From Alphaproteobacteria bacterium (GTDB taxonomy: Bacteria > Pseudomonadota > Alphaproteobacteria > SP197), in NCBI GenBank assembly GCA_965228895.1, contig OZ245842.1, positions 3,008,001 to 3,072,000 of the forward strand: 64,000 nt of DNA, given 5' to 3'. This document shows, in pieces, positions 49,779-58,219 of this stretch. Position 1 is the first letter of the stretch. Each line of letters opens with the position of its first letter. Under the pieces are notes generated by a model. It saw only the letters and a program-made list of their open reading frames with translations. It had not been told where the DNA came from and did not search any database. Both the position numbers and the translations under genes were made by a program.

Positions 49779-50774
49779 CTAGTCGCGGCAATCGAACGCG
49801 GCCCACAGGGGGTAGTGATCGGACAGCCGGTGCTGCACAACGGACTTCGAGAAACCTTTGTCCTGATAGAGAAACGGCACGAAGTCGACCATGCCGGCGC
49901 TGTCGAACGTCATGTTCAGACGCCGTTTCCTGCCCGACGTGAACCACGCGATCTGGTCATAGTACTTTTCGAGCTGGGCATCGTTGTCATCAGCAAAAAT
50001 CGAGCGCTTAACCTTGTGCAACGCATCGGGCACCTCAAGGCCCGTGCTGGTAAACGCCTTCCATAGCGGGTCGCCATGCCGGTCGATGTTGAAATCGCCG
50101 AGCGCAATGAAGTTCTGGCCATAGGCATTGGCTTGTTTGGCCCAGCGATCGAGCCATTCGGCGATTGCCTTGAGCTCGGGCACCCGCCCGGACGAAGACT
50201 TGCCGAAGTCGACATGAAGCGTCACCAGGGTGAACGTCTCCGAACCCGCCTGAAAACTCACCGCATAGGGCGTACGCGCGAACTGGCGCTGCAGGGCGTC
50301 AGAACCAACCGCGCCCAGTTCCTCTTCCGGCACCACGAGTTCACCGGCGAGACCCGATAGATTGGCCCGCGTCGTATCGAAGATGAAACCCATACGCTCG
50401 CTGTTACCGGCGTTGCCACGGGTGACGTCGGTCATCAAAAACCGCCACGACGGTCCCAGCGTCTTCATCATGGTGCGAAGCGCGCGCAGATCGCCTTTGA
50501 TCTCCTGGATCGCAATGACGTCGAAACGCGAGACGATCTCGGTGATCGCCCACAAACCGCGAAAATCCCGCTTGGGGCTGTCGCTGCCCGATGCCGTCCA
50601 TTTGCGGGTCAACGACGAGAACGCCTTGATGTTCCATGTCGCGATCAGAAGGTTACGGTCGGCCTGGCGCTTCGGCGGGACCGTTGCGTCCAGCTCGGCG
50701 CGCAGCGCCGTCATTTCGTCTTTCACCGCAGCCGGCGAAGCAGCGGCTTGCCATGATGGCAAGGGATCGGACAT
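49779..50774 (-). CDS. Endonuclease/exonuclease/phosphatase (EEP, DNase I-like) family protein
   Basis: ATWNI, DVIAIQEI, ARTPY, LGDFNI, YDQIAW, SDHYPLW. Confidence 0.9.
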   Translation of the reverse strand: MSDPLPSWQAAASPAAVKDEMTALRAELDATVPPKRQADRNLLIATWNIKAFSSLTRKWTASGSDSPKRDFRGLWAITEIVSRFDVIAIQEIKGDLRALRTMMKTLGPSWRFLMTDVTRGNAGNSERMGFIFDTTRANLSGLAGELVVPEEELGAVGSDALQRQFARTPYAVSFQAGSETFTLVTLHVDFGKSSSGRVPELKAIAEWLDRWAKQANAYGQNFIALGDFNIDRHGDPLWKAFTSTGLEVPDALHKVKRSIFADDNDAQLEKYYDQIAWFTSGRKRRLNMTFDSAGMVDFVPFLYQDKGFSKSVVQHRLSDHYPLWAAFDCRD

Positions 50775-50881
50775 CGGCGGAGCCCCCGGCGGTTCGTATT
50801 GGACCGGGCGTTATGATCGCACGAAATGCCACCGTGACCACCATGACGGCATCCGATACCCGAAACGCAGGTTCGTGCGAG

Positions 50882-51853
50882 TTAGAGGCTCTCGCCGCCG
50901 GCGGCCGGGATCTCCTCGGTGTCGCCATCACCTGTGGCCGCGGAGGCATCGGTGTCATCGGCGCCAAGGCCGTCGGCCTCGCTCGCACCACCGGCCGCTT
51001 GGCTGGGCAGCGGCACCGTCCACTCGCCGTCGACGACGCGGCCCATCTCGAGGATCAGATCGCGCGGCACATCGCCGATCAGGCTGTAGGAGCGTCCGGC
51101 GGTGCGCCAAAAGAGTGCGCTGACCAACCCCTCCTCCATCACCGTCAGGCTCGTCTCGCTGCTTTCCGCATCCGGACTATAGAAGAGTTCGACCCGCCGG
51201 CCGGCTTCGGACTCGTAGACCAGCTGCATCGCGCTCTCGTCGCTTTCCGAGAGCAGCCGGGCGCCAACGAGATTGAAGCCGAACACGCTGAAGTCCGGCG
51301 CGCCGTGCCCAGGCGCCGCTGGTTCGGCCGTACCGTCTTCCAGCACGGTTGTTGTCGCATCCGCAGCCGAACCGTCGTCGGAAACCTGTTGTACCGTGGC
51401 AGCGTCATCACCCTGCCCCGTCGAGAACAGGGCGAAGAGATCCTGATCGGCTGGACCGCCGATCACCGCGCGCAAGCCAACGGCGATCGCGCCCAACATC
51501 ACGACGGCAAAAACGGCGGCAGCGGCAAGCTGCAGGGGCAGCCGCAGCCAGTCGGCGCGATAACCCTGCCGGATCTCGTTGCCCTGGCTGGCCCGTTCGA
51601 TCGCCAAGCCCAGCTCGACATGCTGGGGCGGCAACGGCGCCTCCAGCCGCTTGTCGAACAGGCGATGCAGGTCCTGGCGGATCAGCCGCCCGCTGCGCAC
51701 ATAGGCCGCAGCCTCCGCATCCGCCAGCAGATAGCGTTCGACCGCCTCGCGTTCGGTGTCGTCCAGTTCGCCATCCAGATAGGCATCAAGCACGCCGTCG
51801 CCCCACGGCACCTGTTTGCCGCCCTGGTTCGCGTCCCTGTCGCTTGTGTCCAT
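50882..51853 (-). CDS. Transmembrane anti-sigma factor
   Basis: LDAYLDGELD..ER.AVE.YL N-terminus, one TM, APDFS.FGF.LVGARLL, QLVYE, YSLIGD; directly after the ECF sigma gene. Confidence 0.85.
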   Translation of the reverse strand: MDTSDRDANQGGKQVPWGDGVLDAYLDGELDDTEREAVERYLLADAEAAAYVRSGRLIRQDLHRLFDKRLEAPLPPQHVELGLAIERASQGNEIRQGYRADWLRLPLQLAAAAVFAVVMLGAIAVGLRAVIGGPADQDLFALFSTGQGDDAATVQQVSDDGSAADATTTVLEDGTAEPAAPGHGAPDFSVFGFNLVGARLLSESDESAMQLVYESEAGRRVELFYSPDAESSETSLTVMEEGLVSALFWRTAGRSYSLIGDVPRDLILEMGRVVDGEWTVPLPSQAAGGASEADGLGADDTDASAATGDGDTEEIPAAGGESL

Positions 51854-51854
51854 A

Positions 51855-52412
51855 TCAGTTGATCTCCGCCAGCTTCGGCCGTTCAGCCTTGTCCATGCCG
51901 TTCATCAGTGCGCGGCGTGCCCGCGACAGCCGCGACATCACCGTACCGATCGGGATATCCAGGATGTCAGCAGTCTGCCGGTAACTGAACCCTTCCAGAC
52001 ATACGAGTAGAATCACGGCTCTTTGTTCCATGGGCAGCCGCGATATGGCCAAAAAAAGTTCGTTGAGCTGCACCGCGTGTTCCTGGTTGGCGGCGACCGG
52101 CAGTTCCATGGTCAGGTCTTCCATGGCGATGTGGTCGCCGTCACGGCCGTAGCGCAGTTGCGACACCCTGACATTGTGCAGGATGGTGAAGAGATAGCCG
52201 CGCATGTTGCGAATCTTGCGGCCATCGCGCATCGCGGCCAGCCCACGCTGCAAGGTTTCCTGCACCAGATCATCGGCATCGGCGCTGTTGCCGACCAGCG
52301 ATAGCGCGTAACGGCGAAGCCCTGCGATGCTGCTGCGTAGTTCGTCGGACAAGGATTGCAAGAAGCTGCCCCCGTTCCCCAGCGTTGGCGAACGGGTAGC
52401 TTGGTCTGGCAT
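51855..52412 (-). CDS. ECF RNA polymerase sigma factor
   Basis: LRRYALSL...ADDLVQETL, YLFTILHN (region 2); LP.EQRAVILLV.LEGFSY...IPIGTVMSRLSRAR (region 4). Start uncertain. Confidence 0.92.
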   Translation of the reverse strand: MPDQATRSPTLGNGGSFLQSLSDELRSSIAGLRRYALSLVGNSADADDLVQETLQRGLAAMRDGRKIRNMRGYLFTILHNVRVSQLRYGRDGDHIAMEDLTMELPVAANQEHAVQLNELFLAISRLPMEQRAVILLVCLEGFSYRQTADILDIPIGTVMSRLSRARRALMNGMDKAERPKLAEIN

Positions 52413-52472
52413 TGGGTAGAGAATGTGGCAAGGCGTGCCGAGGTCGCACTTTTTTTGCCGCGGCACGATGAC

Positions 52473-52494
52473 GCAACACCATCGACTCTATTCC
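52473..52494 (-). promoter_or_regulatory. Putative ECF promoter facing the sigma gene
   Basis: Minus strand GGAATAGA-GTCGATGGTG-TTGC(GTCA), i.e. GGAAT-N16-CGTC. Confidence 0.55.
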
Positions 52495-52655
52495 CGAAAA
52501 ATAAAGTTCGCGGCGCGCGTGCCTCTCGACAAGACATCGCATCGTTTTTCGATGCTGCGTCAACGTCAACCGATCCGCGGCTGAGCGCATCGCCGGCTGC
52601 CTTTTGCTCGGCTGGTTGATGGAGGTGGCTGCAGAACTTCTTTTCGCGCGGTTCA

Positions 52656-52677
52656 GGAATAGACGGCGAAGACTTGC
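52656..52677 (+). promoter_or_regulatory. Putative ECF promoter facing the repeat-protein operon
   Basis: GGAATAGA-CGGCGAAGAC-TTGC, same motif and spacing as 52473-52494. Confidence 0.5.
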
Positions 52678-52811
52678 ACTCCATGGGGTGACAGGTCGCA
52701 TCAACGCGATCGGCCACGTCGCCCAGCGAGCCAACCCATCGCCAGGTGAACGAATCGAAAGGATGCGGCCTGTCGTCTTTCATAGCGAACCGCAGCGAAG
52801 GAATGGATTTC

Positions 52812-54671
52812 ATGCGCCTCAAAGACCTACTTCTGACGGCCAGTGTCAGCGCCGCCGCACTCGGACTGGGAACCGCCCATGCTGGTCAGCTTCTGATCGG
52901 CGGCATGGACGCGATCGACGTCCCCCAACAAAACGCCCTTTTCCTCGCCCAAGCGGATGCCGACGGCGGCGACGCTGGCGGTGATGGCGGCGGCGACGGT
53001 GGCGACGCCGGGGGCGGCGATGCCGGAGGCGACTCTGGCGGCAGCGATGGCGGCGGCGACGCTGACGGCGGTGGCGATAGCGGTGGTGGTGACGCCGATG
53101 GTGGCGGCGATGCAGACGGCGGCGCCGGCGACTCAGGCGGTGAGAGCGGCGGCGACGCCGGTGCCAGTACCGGCGGCAATGCTTCGGCCAGCGGCAACAG
53201 CTCAGCGAGCGGCGGCAATGCCTCCGCGTCGGCCAGCGCATCCGCCAGTGCCGGCGGCGGTTCGGCCGGCGCCGAAGCCGAGGGCTCGGCATCCGGCGAC
53301 AACGCGTCAGCCGGCGCCAATGCCAGCGCGGGCGTATCCGGCGATGGCGATGGTGCCTCCGCGGACGCCGGTGCTTCGGCCTCGGCCGATGGCGACGGGG
53401 CATCGGCCGGCACATCGGCCAGTGCGGATGCCGGAACCGACGGTGACGGTGCGTCGGCCAGCGCCGATACCGGTGCATCCGCATCGGTCGACGGTGCCGG
53501 CACGGCCAGCGCATCGAGTGATGCCAGCGCCAGCGCGTCTGTCGGGGATAGCGGCGGCAGTGCCGAGGCCTCGGGCGATGCCACCGGCGACGTTGCCGGC
53601 AACGGCTCGACCGAAACCGGCACCGAGCTCAGCGCGTCGACCGGCGGCAGTTCGGCAAGCGTCGACACAACATCGAGCGCCAGCGGCGGCACATCAGCCA
53701 ATGCCTCGAGCAGCGGTGATGCGTTCTCATCGTCCAATGGCGATGTCGCGATTAGCGGCGCATTGGGTAGCGCGGATGCGGATGCCGAAGGCGATGGCGC
53801 AACCGCTTCGGTCGGCGTCGATACGTCCGCTGGTGCCAGTGCAAGCGACACGTCGATCGACACCGGAAGCTGGAGCGGCGCCGATGCTTCAGCTGACGGC
53901 GACGGAGTAGCATCCGCTTCGGCGTCAGGCGCATCGGTCGCCGCAGCCATCGACGGCGAAGCTGTTGGCGGTTCGATCGGCACAGCGACCAGCAGCGCGG
54001 AAGGGGAAGATCCGTCAGCGTCGTCGGACGTCAAGACGGGTGTCGAGATCTCCGTCGATGACAGCACGGTGGCCGAGGCCAATGCCATGGCCGCCGCGAG
54101 TGCCGCGGTCGAAGGCGAAGGTGCGGTCGAAACGTCGGCAGCCGGCAGCAGCGAGGCGTCCTATCAGGACGGTGAGGCCAGTGCCGATGCTGAGGCCGAA
54201 GCCGAGGCGAGCGCCCAGGCGCAAGCCGACGACGCCGATGACGGCGTGCCGACGGCATCAGCCCAGGCGACCGCAACCGCAGTCGCCTCCGTCACCAACG
54301 ATGACGGGACGACCGTGACCGCGACAGCCATGGCGACCGCCATGGCCGAAGCAGTCGGCAATGCCAGTGCGGCAGCCCAAGCAGCGGCCAGTGCAGCGGC
54401 CCATGCCGAGGGGGCCTCGTCTGCCACGGCGGCAGCGGAGGCCGCGGCCCAGGCCGGCGCCGCAGCCAGTGCGGCCGCCCAAGCGGCAGCACAAGCCCGG
54501 TCGCTCGCCGACACGATGGGCACGGCCGAAGCCCACGCCCAGGCACAGGCGGCAGCCAAGGCGGCGCTGAGCGCCGAGGCCAATGCCGAAGCGGCGGCGG
54601 ACGCAGCAACCGTCGTTGTCGGCAGCCTCGCCGGCGCATCCGCAAGCGTCGATGGGGTGGCTGCTCCGTGA
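52812..54671 (+). CDS. Secreted low-complexity Ala/Ser/Gly/Asp-rich repeat protein (619 aa)
   Basis: Sec signal MRLKDLLLTASVSAAALGLGTAHA, (GGD)n block, ASASA..DGDG repeats, Ala-rich tail; AAGGA RBS; codons vary while the amino-acid pattern holds. Confidence 0.85.
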   Translation: MRLKDLLLTASVSAAALGLGTAHAGQLLIGGMDAIDVPQQNALFLAQADADGGDAGGDGGGDGGDAGGGDAGGDSGGSDGGGDADGGGDSGGGDADGGGDADGGAGDSGGESGGDAGASTGGNASASGNSSASGGNASASASASASAGGGSAGAEAEGSASGDNASAGANASAGVSGDGDGASADAGASASADGDGASAGTSASADAGTDGDGASASADTGASASVDGAGTASASSDASASASVGDSGGSAEASGDATGDVAGNGSTETGTELSASTGGSSASVDTTSSASGGTSANASSSGDAFSSSNGDVAISGALGSADADAEGDGATASVGVDTSAGASASDTSIDTGSWSGADASADGDGVASASASGASVAAAIDGEAVGGSIGTATSSAEGEDPSASSDVKTGVEISVDDSTVAEANAMAAASAAVEGEGAVETSAAGSSEASYQDGEASADAEAEAEASAQAQADDADDGVPTASAQATATAVASVTNDDGTTVTATAMATAMAEAVGNASAAAQAAASAAAHAEGASSATAAAEAAAQAGAAASAAAQAAAQARSLADTMGTAEAHAQAQAAAKAALSAEANAEAAADAATVVVGSLAGASASVDGVAAP

Positions 54672-54737
54672 CGGCCCGCGTGGCCGTGAGCCCGGACGAT
54701 GGTGAACCCTGAGTCGCCTTGTCCGGCTCCCCGTAGA

Positions 54738-54768
54738 GGTGGCCGGCGGGTTCGCCCCGCCGGCCACC
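54738..54768 (+). terminator. Strong intercistronic stem-loop
   Basis: GGTGGCCGGCGGG-TTCGC-CCCGCCGGCCACC, perfect 13 bp stem, no U tract. Confidence 0.65.
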
Positions 54769-54809
54769 GATGCGGCACCACCCGACAACCAAAAAGCCGG
54801 AGAGAACCC

Positions 54810-55196
54810 ATGAAGACCCATCACACCACCCGCCTGGTCGCCACGACCCGTGGTCTGACGATTGCCGCGATGCTGCTGATCGGCAGCGCGGCCGCCCTGT
54901 TCGCCGCGTCGAGCTGGGCCGACGACGCAATCACGGTCGATAGCCTGGAGGACGTCACCACCATGACCGCAGACGAAACGGACACATCGACCAGCGCCTC
55001 GGCTTCCGCCAGCGCCGGCACCACCATCACGTCGGATAAAAAGGCGGATTGCGCCGCCCATGCGACCGCCACTGCGAGCGCCACGGCAGACGGCGAAACC
55101 AGTTATCAGCACGACGAGGATCATGCCGCCAGCCAAGACGGCGGCTGTAACGCCGAGGCCAACGCGTCGGCGACGGCAACCAGCCAATCCGACTGA
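54810..55196 (+). CDS. Small secreted Ala/Thr/Ser-rich protein with two Cys (128 aa)
   Basis: GGAG RBS, signal ending SWA-DD, TSASASASAG / CAAHATATASATADG / CNAEANASATAT strands. Confidence 0.8.
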   Translation: MKTHHTTRLVATTRGLTIAAMLLIGSAAALFAASSWADDAITVDSLEDVTTMTADETDTSTSASASASAGTTITSDKKADCAAHATATASATADGETSYQHDEDHAASQDGGCNAEANASATATSQSD

Positions 55197-55314
55197 CGCG
55201 GATGACGCCCGCGGCGCGGTGATCGTCGCGTGATCCCCTGGTCATGCCACCGCGCACTGGGCGTCTCCGCTAACGGGGAGCCGGATCGGCTAAACATGCT
55301 CAGGAGCACGAACC

Positions 55315-56250
55315 ATGTTTCATCACGCTGTTGGAACACGCGGTCTTATCGCCGTGTGCCTTATCACCCTTCTCCAGGCTTGCAGTTCGGCACCGCCGGA
55401 CGCGCACCTTGTCCCTGACAATCCCGGCCTTTACGCCATCCGCGCCGATGAGTCCGTCCGCCTTGACGGCGATGCGGCCTGGGAGAATCAGAGCTGGGGA
55501 TGGCGCTCGACCATGCCCGAACAAACACAATTCGTCGTCTACGCGCCCGGCGAGAACCTCGCCAGCCAGCCGTCTGAGAAGATCTTCTTGCGCAAGGTCG
55601 CGTGGGTGCGCAGTCAGGTTTCCGCCGGCGGCGACATCATGCCGACCACCGGCAGCCAGTGGGACGTGCCGATCAGCGACGACTATCTGGTGCCGGTCAC
55701 CTACAGCATCATCGCGGGCCGCGCCGACACCATTCGCGTCGCGCCGCAGCAGCCTCTCGCACCCGGTCTTTATGCGCTTCAACTACGCGGCGGTGAGGTG
55801 CGCAACGCGCGCCTCGGTGTCAACTGGCCGAACATCGATCAAGACACCTACGCGGCCGCCCACTGTGTCGATCACTATCAGGACGGCACCGGCACCTATC
55901 GTCTGGAACCGTGCAACGACCAGCAACCGCAGTTGGCGGCGGCGAACGACCTGGCCGGCAACGGATTGGAGATCCAACTGGCCAACCCGACGACCGAAGT
56001 GGTCGGCGGTGTGACGACGCTTGTCATCCAGGGTGTCGTCACCAGCAGCAGCGACCGCGTCCAGCCGATCCCACTGTTGAATGCCGAGTTGCTGGATGGC
56101 GCCGGGCAGATGCTGACCAAGTGGCGCATCGTGCCGCCGGCAATCGAGATCGCGCCGGGCCAGACCGTCGCCTTCGAAACCCGCGCGCCGAGCCTGCCCG
56201 AAGGCACCGAGACGGTGAATGTAACCTTTAACGGAGCCCCGGCGAGTTAG
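55315..56250 (+). CDS. Lipoprotein with C-terminal DUF3426/FxLYD-like Ig domain
   Basis: AGGAG RBS, lipobox LQAC, C-terminal LVIQGVVT...PIPLLNAELLDGAGQ...IAPGQTVAFET. Confidence 0.78.
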   Translation: MFHHAVGTRGLIAVCLITLLQACSSAPPDAHLVPDNPGLYAIRADESVRLDGDAAWENQSWGWRSTMPEQTQFVVYAPGENLASQPSEKIFLRKVAWVRSQVSAGGDIMPTTGSQWDVPISDDYLVPVTYSIIAGRADTIRVAPQQPLAPGLYALQLRGGEVRNARLGVNWPNIDQDTYAAAHCVDHYQDGTGTYRLEPCNDQQPQLAAANDLAGNGLEIQLANPTTEVVGGVTTLVIQGVVTSSSDRVQPIPLLNAELLDGAGQMLTKWRIVPPAIEIAPGQTVAFETRAPSLPEGTETVNVTFNGAPAS

Positions 56251-56383
56251 AGCAGATCCCAATTGATTGGATCGCTACGCGATGAAATCAACTTGGGTGA
56301 GTCTGCTCTACATCTGAATAGCGATCGGATTCACACGACTTGATTGAACAGCAATGCGGTTCAATCAAGTCGTGATCCGATCG
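56248..56383 (-). repeat. Double-hairpin interspersed repeat, copy 4 (diverged, inverted)
   Basis: TAGAGCAGAT...GTCTGCTCTA hairpin B, then CGATCGGAT..ACGACTTGATTGAAC-N9-GTTCAATCAAGTCGT..ATCCGATCG hairpin A. Confidence 0.75.
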
Positions 56384-56409
56384 GGCCGCGCCCACTGACT
56401 CGCTGATGC

Positions 56410-56443
56410 TGGCGGGCCGCGGACTAGGAACTGCGGCCCGCCA
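56410..56443 (+). terminator. Probable intrinsic terminator
   Basis: TGGCGGGCCGCGG-ACTAGGAA-CTGCGGCCCGCCA followed by a pyrimidine run. Confidence 0.6.
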
Positions 56444-56650
56444 CCTCTCTTTCCCAGCGTTACTTCTCGATGATGAAGGAGACGCCGAAGCAGCGTCGCT
56501 TGCCGTCGAGCTCGTCGATGAACTTGCAGGTGCATGGCTCTCCAGCGTTGCCGCCTGCCGTCACAAAGCCGTCACGACCACTTGCTCTCGCGACAAACCA
56601 GGCACGACAGACCCTTTACATCTGTATAAGGCTGGGCGATCATCTCATAT

Positions 56651-57220
56651 ATGAGAAATCCTCCCGGCCATGAGTCTCACCTCGACGACCGCATCGCCAA
56701 CCGGCTGAAGGCGCTGCGGGTCGAACGCGGCTGGTCGCTGGATGAGCTGGCGGCGCGCTGCGGCGTCAGCCGGGCGACCCTGTCACGCCTGGAAAACGGC
56801 GAGGTCAGCCCGACCGCCTCGGTGCTGGGCAAGCTGTGCGCCAGCTACGGGCTCGCCATGTCGCGGCTGATGGCCGAGGTCGAGACCGACTTCGCGCCAT
56901 TGGTACGCCACGACGACCAGACCGTCTGGCAGGATCCGGAAACCGGTTTCGTGCGGCGCTCCGTCTCGCCGCCGGCACAGACACTGGGCGCCGAGGTCCT
57001 GCATTGCCACCTGCCGGCCGGCACGCAGATCGCCTACCGCGATCCGCCCCGGCCCGGGCTGGAACATCATCTGGTCATGCTGACCGGGACGCTGACCCTG
57101 ACCGTCGGCGGCACCGCCTATGCGCTTACCAAAGGCGACTGCCTGCGCTACCAGCTTCACGGGCCCGGCATCTTCGAAACCGGCAAGAAACCAGCGACCT
57201 ACATACTGGTCGTGTTGTGA
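56651..57220 (+). CDS. XRE-family HTH regulator with cupin domain
   Basis: WSLDELAARCGVSRATLSRLENGEVSPT, WQDPETGF.RR.VSP, GDCLRY. Confidence 0.9.
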   Translation: MRNPPGHESHLDDRIANRLKALRVERGWSLDELAARCGVSRATLSRLENGEVSPTASVLGKLCASYGLAMSRLMAEVETDFAPLVRHDDQTVWQDPETGFVRRSVSPPAQTLGAEVLHCHLPAGTQIAYRDPPRPGLEHHLVMLTGTLTLTVGGTAYALTKGDCLRYQLHGPGIFETGKKPATYILVVL

Positions 57221-57226
57221 GGCGCC

Positions 57227-57757
57227 GTGGCTGATCCGGACATCAACATCGCGACGCTGACACCCGATGATTACGCCGACCACGAGACAGTCTTGGCCGA
57301 ACTGCTGCGCGACTGCGTCGCCACCGGCGCCAGCGTCAACTTCGTCATGCCGTTCGGCCTCGATGACAGCCTCGCCTACTGGCGTGACAAGGTGTCGCCT
57401 GCGGTGCAGGCCGGTCATCGCGACGTGTTCACCGCCCATGTTGCCGGCCGCCTTGCCGGCACCGTACAGTTGGATTTCGGCACGCCGCCCAACCAGCCAC
57501 ATCGCGCGGATGTGTCGAAGCTCTTGGTACATCCGGACTACCGCCGCCAGGGGATCGCCCGCGCGCTGATGATGGCGTTGGAGGAAAACGCCAGCCAACG
57601 AGGGCGGCGCCTCCTGACCCTGGATACCGCGACCGACGACGCGGAAGCGCTTTATCGTTCCCTCGGCTATCAGCGCTCCGGCGTCATTCCGGGCTACGCC
57701 CTGGACGCCGCCGGTGAACACTTCCTCGACACGATCATCATGTACAAGACGCTCTAA
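57227..57757 (+). CDS. GNAT N-acetyltransferase (Ttr-like)
   Basis: GASVNF, PPNQPHRADVSKLLVHPDYRRQGIAR, LLTLDT, GVIPGYA. Confidence 0.9.
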   Translation: MADPDINIATLTPDDYADHETVLAELLRDCVATGASVNFVMPFGLDDSLAYWRDKVSPAVQAGHRDVFTAHVAGRLAGTVQLDFGTPPNQPHRADVSKLLVHPDYRRQGIARALMMALEENASQRGRRLLTLDTATDDAEALYRSLGYQRSGVIPGYALDAAGEHFLDTIIMYKTL

Positions 57758-57763
57758 CAGCCG

Positions 57764-58219
57764 ATGTCGCCCTATGCGCCCCTGGTGATAATCGTGGCGG
57801 CAGCCATCGGCGGCGGTCTGCTGGCCGCGCAAGGGCCGATCTTCGCGCGCATGGCCATTCATGCCGGCGGCGCGCTACAGGCCGGTATGATCGCGTTCGG
57901 TCTGGGCTTCCTGGCGCTGATGGTCCTTTACGTCGTGACCGGAGGCACGCTTCCCAGGCTCGACGATCTCAGAACCGCGCCGGGATGGGTCTGGTTCGGT
58001 GGCGTGATCGGCGCGGCCATGGTGTTGCTGTCGATCGTTGCCGTACCGCGCATCGGTGTCGGCACCTTCATGGCTGCTGTGCTGTGCGGTCAGCTGTTCG
58101 CCGCCATCTTCTATGACCATGTGGGGGCATTCGGCCTGCCGACGAACGCCATCGATACCTCGAAGATTATCGGTGCCGGCCTGCTGCTTGCAGGCGCCTA
58201 TCTGATCATCCACGACTAA
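57764..58219 (+). CDS. DMT family transporter (YdcZ-like)
   Basis: LAAQGPI, WFGGVIGA, VPRIG, GQL...DHVGAFG. Confidence 0.85.
   Translation: MSPYAPLVIIVAAAIGGGLLAAQGPIFARMAIHAGGALQAGMIAFGLGFLALMVLYVVTGGTLPRLDDLRTAPGWVWFGGVIGAAMVLLSIVAVPRIGVGTFMAAVLCGQLFAAIFYDHVGAFGLPTNAIDTSKIIGAGLLLAGAYLIIHD

Noticed and set aside
52656-52677. TTGC as a sigma-54 -12 element
   Set aside because: The upstream GG is 9, not 10, nt from GC and there is no TGGCAC; an ECF-type reading fits better.
52960-53160. GGCGGCGAC-rich stretch as a CRISPR array or VNTR
   Set aside because: No constant repeat-spacer period; third positions vary, consistent with the encoded (GGD)n protein block.
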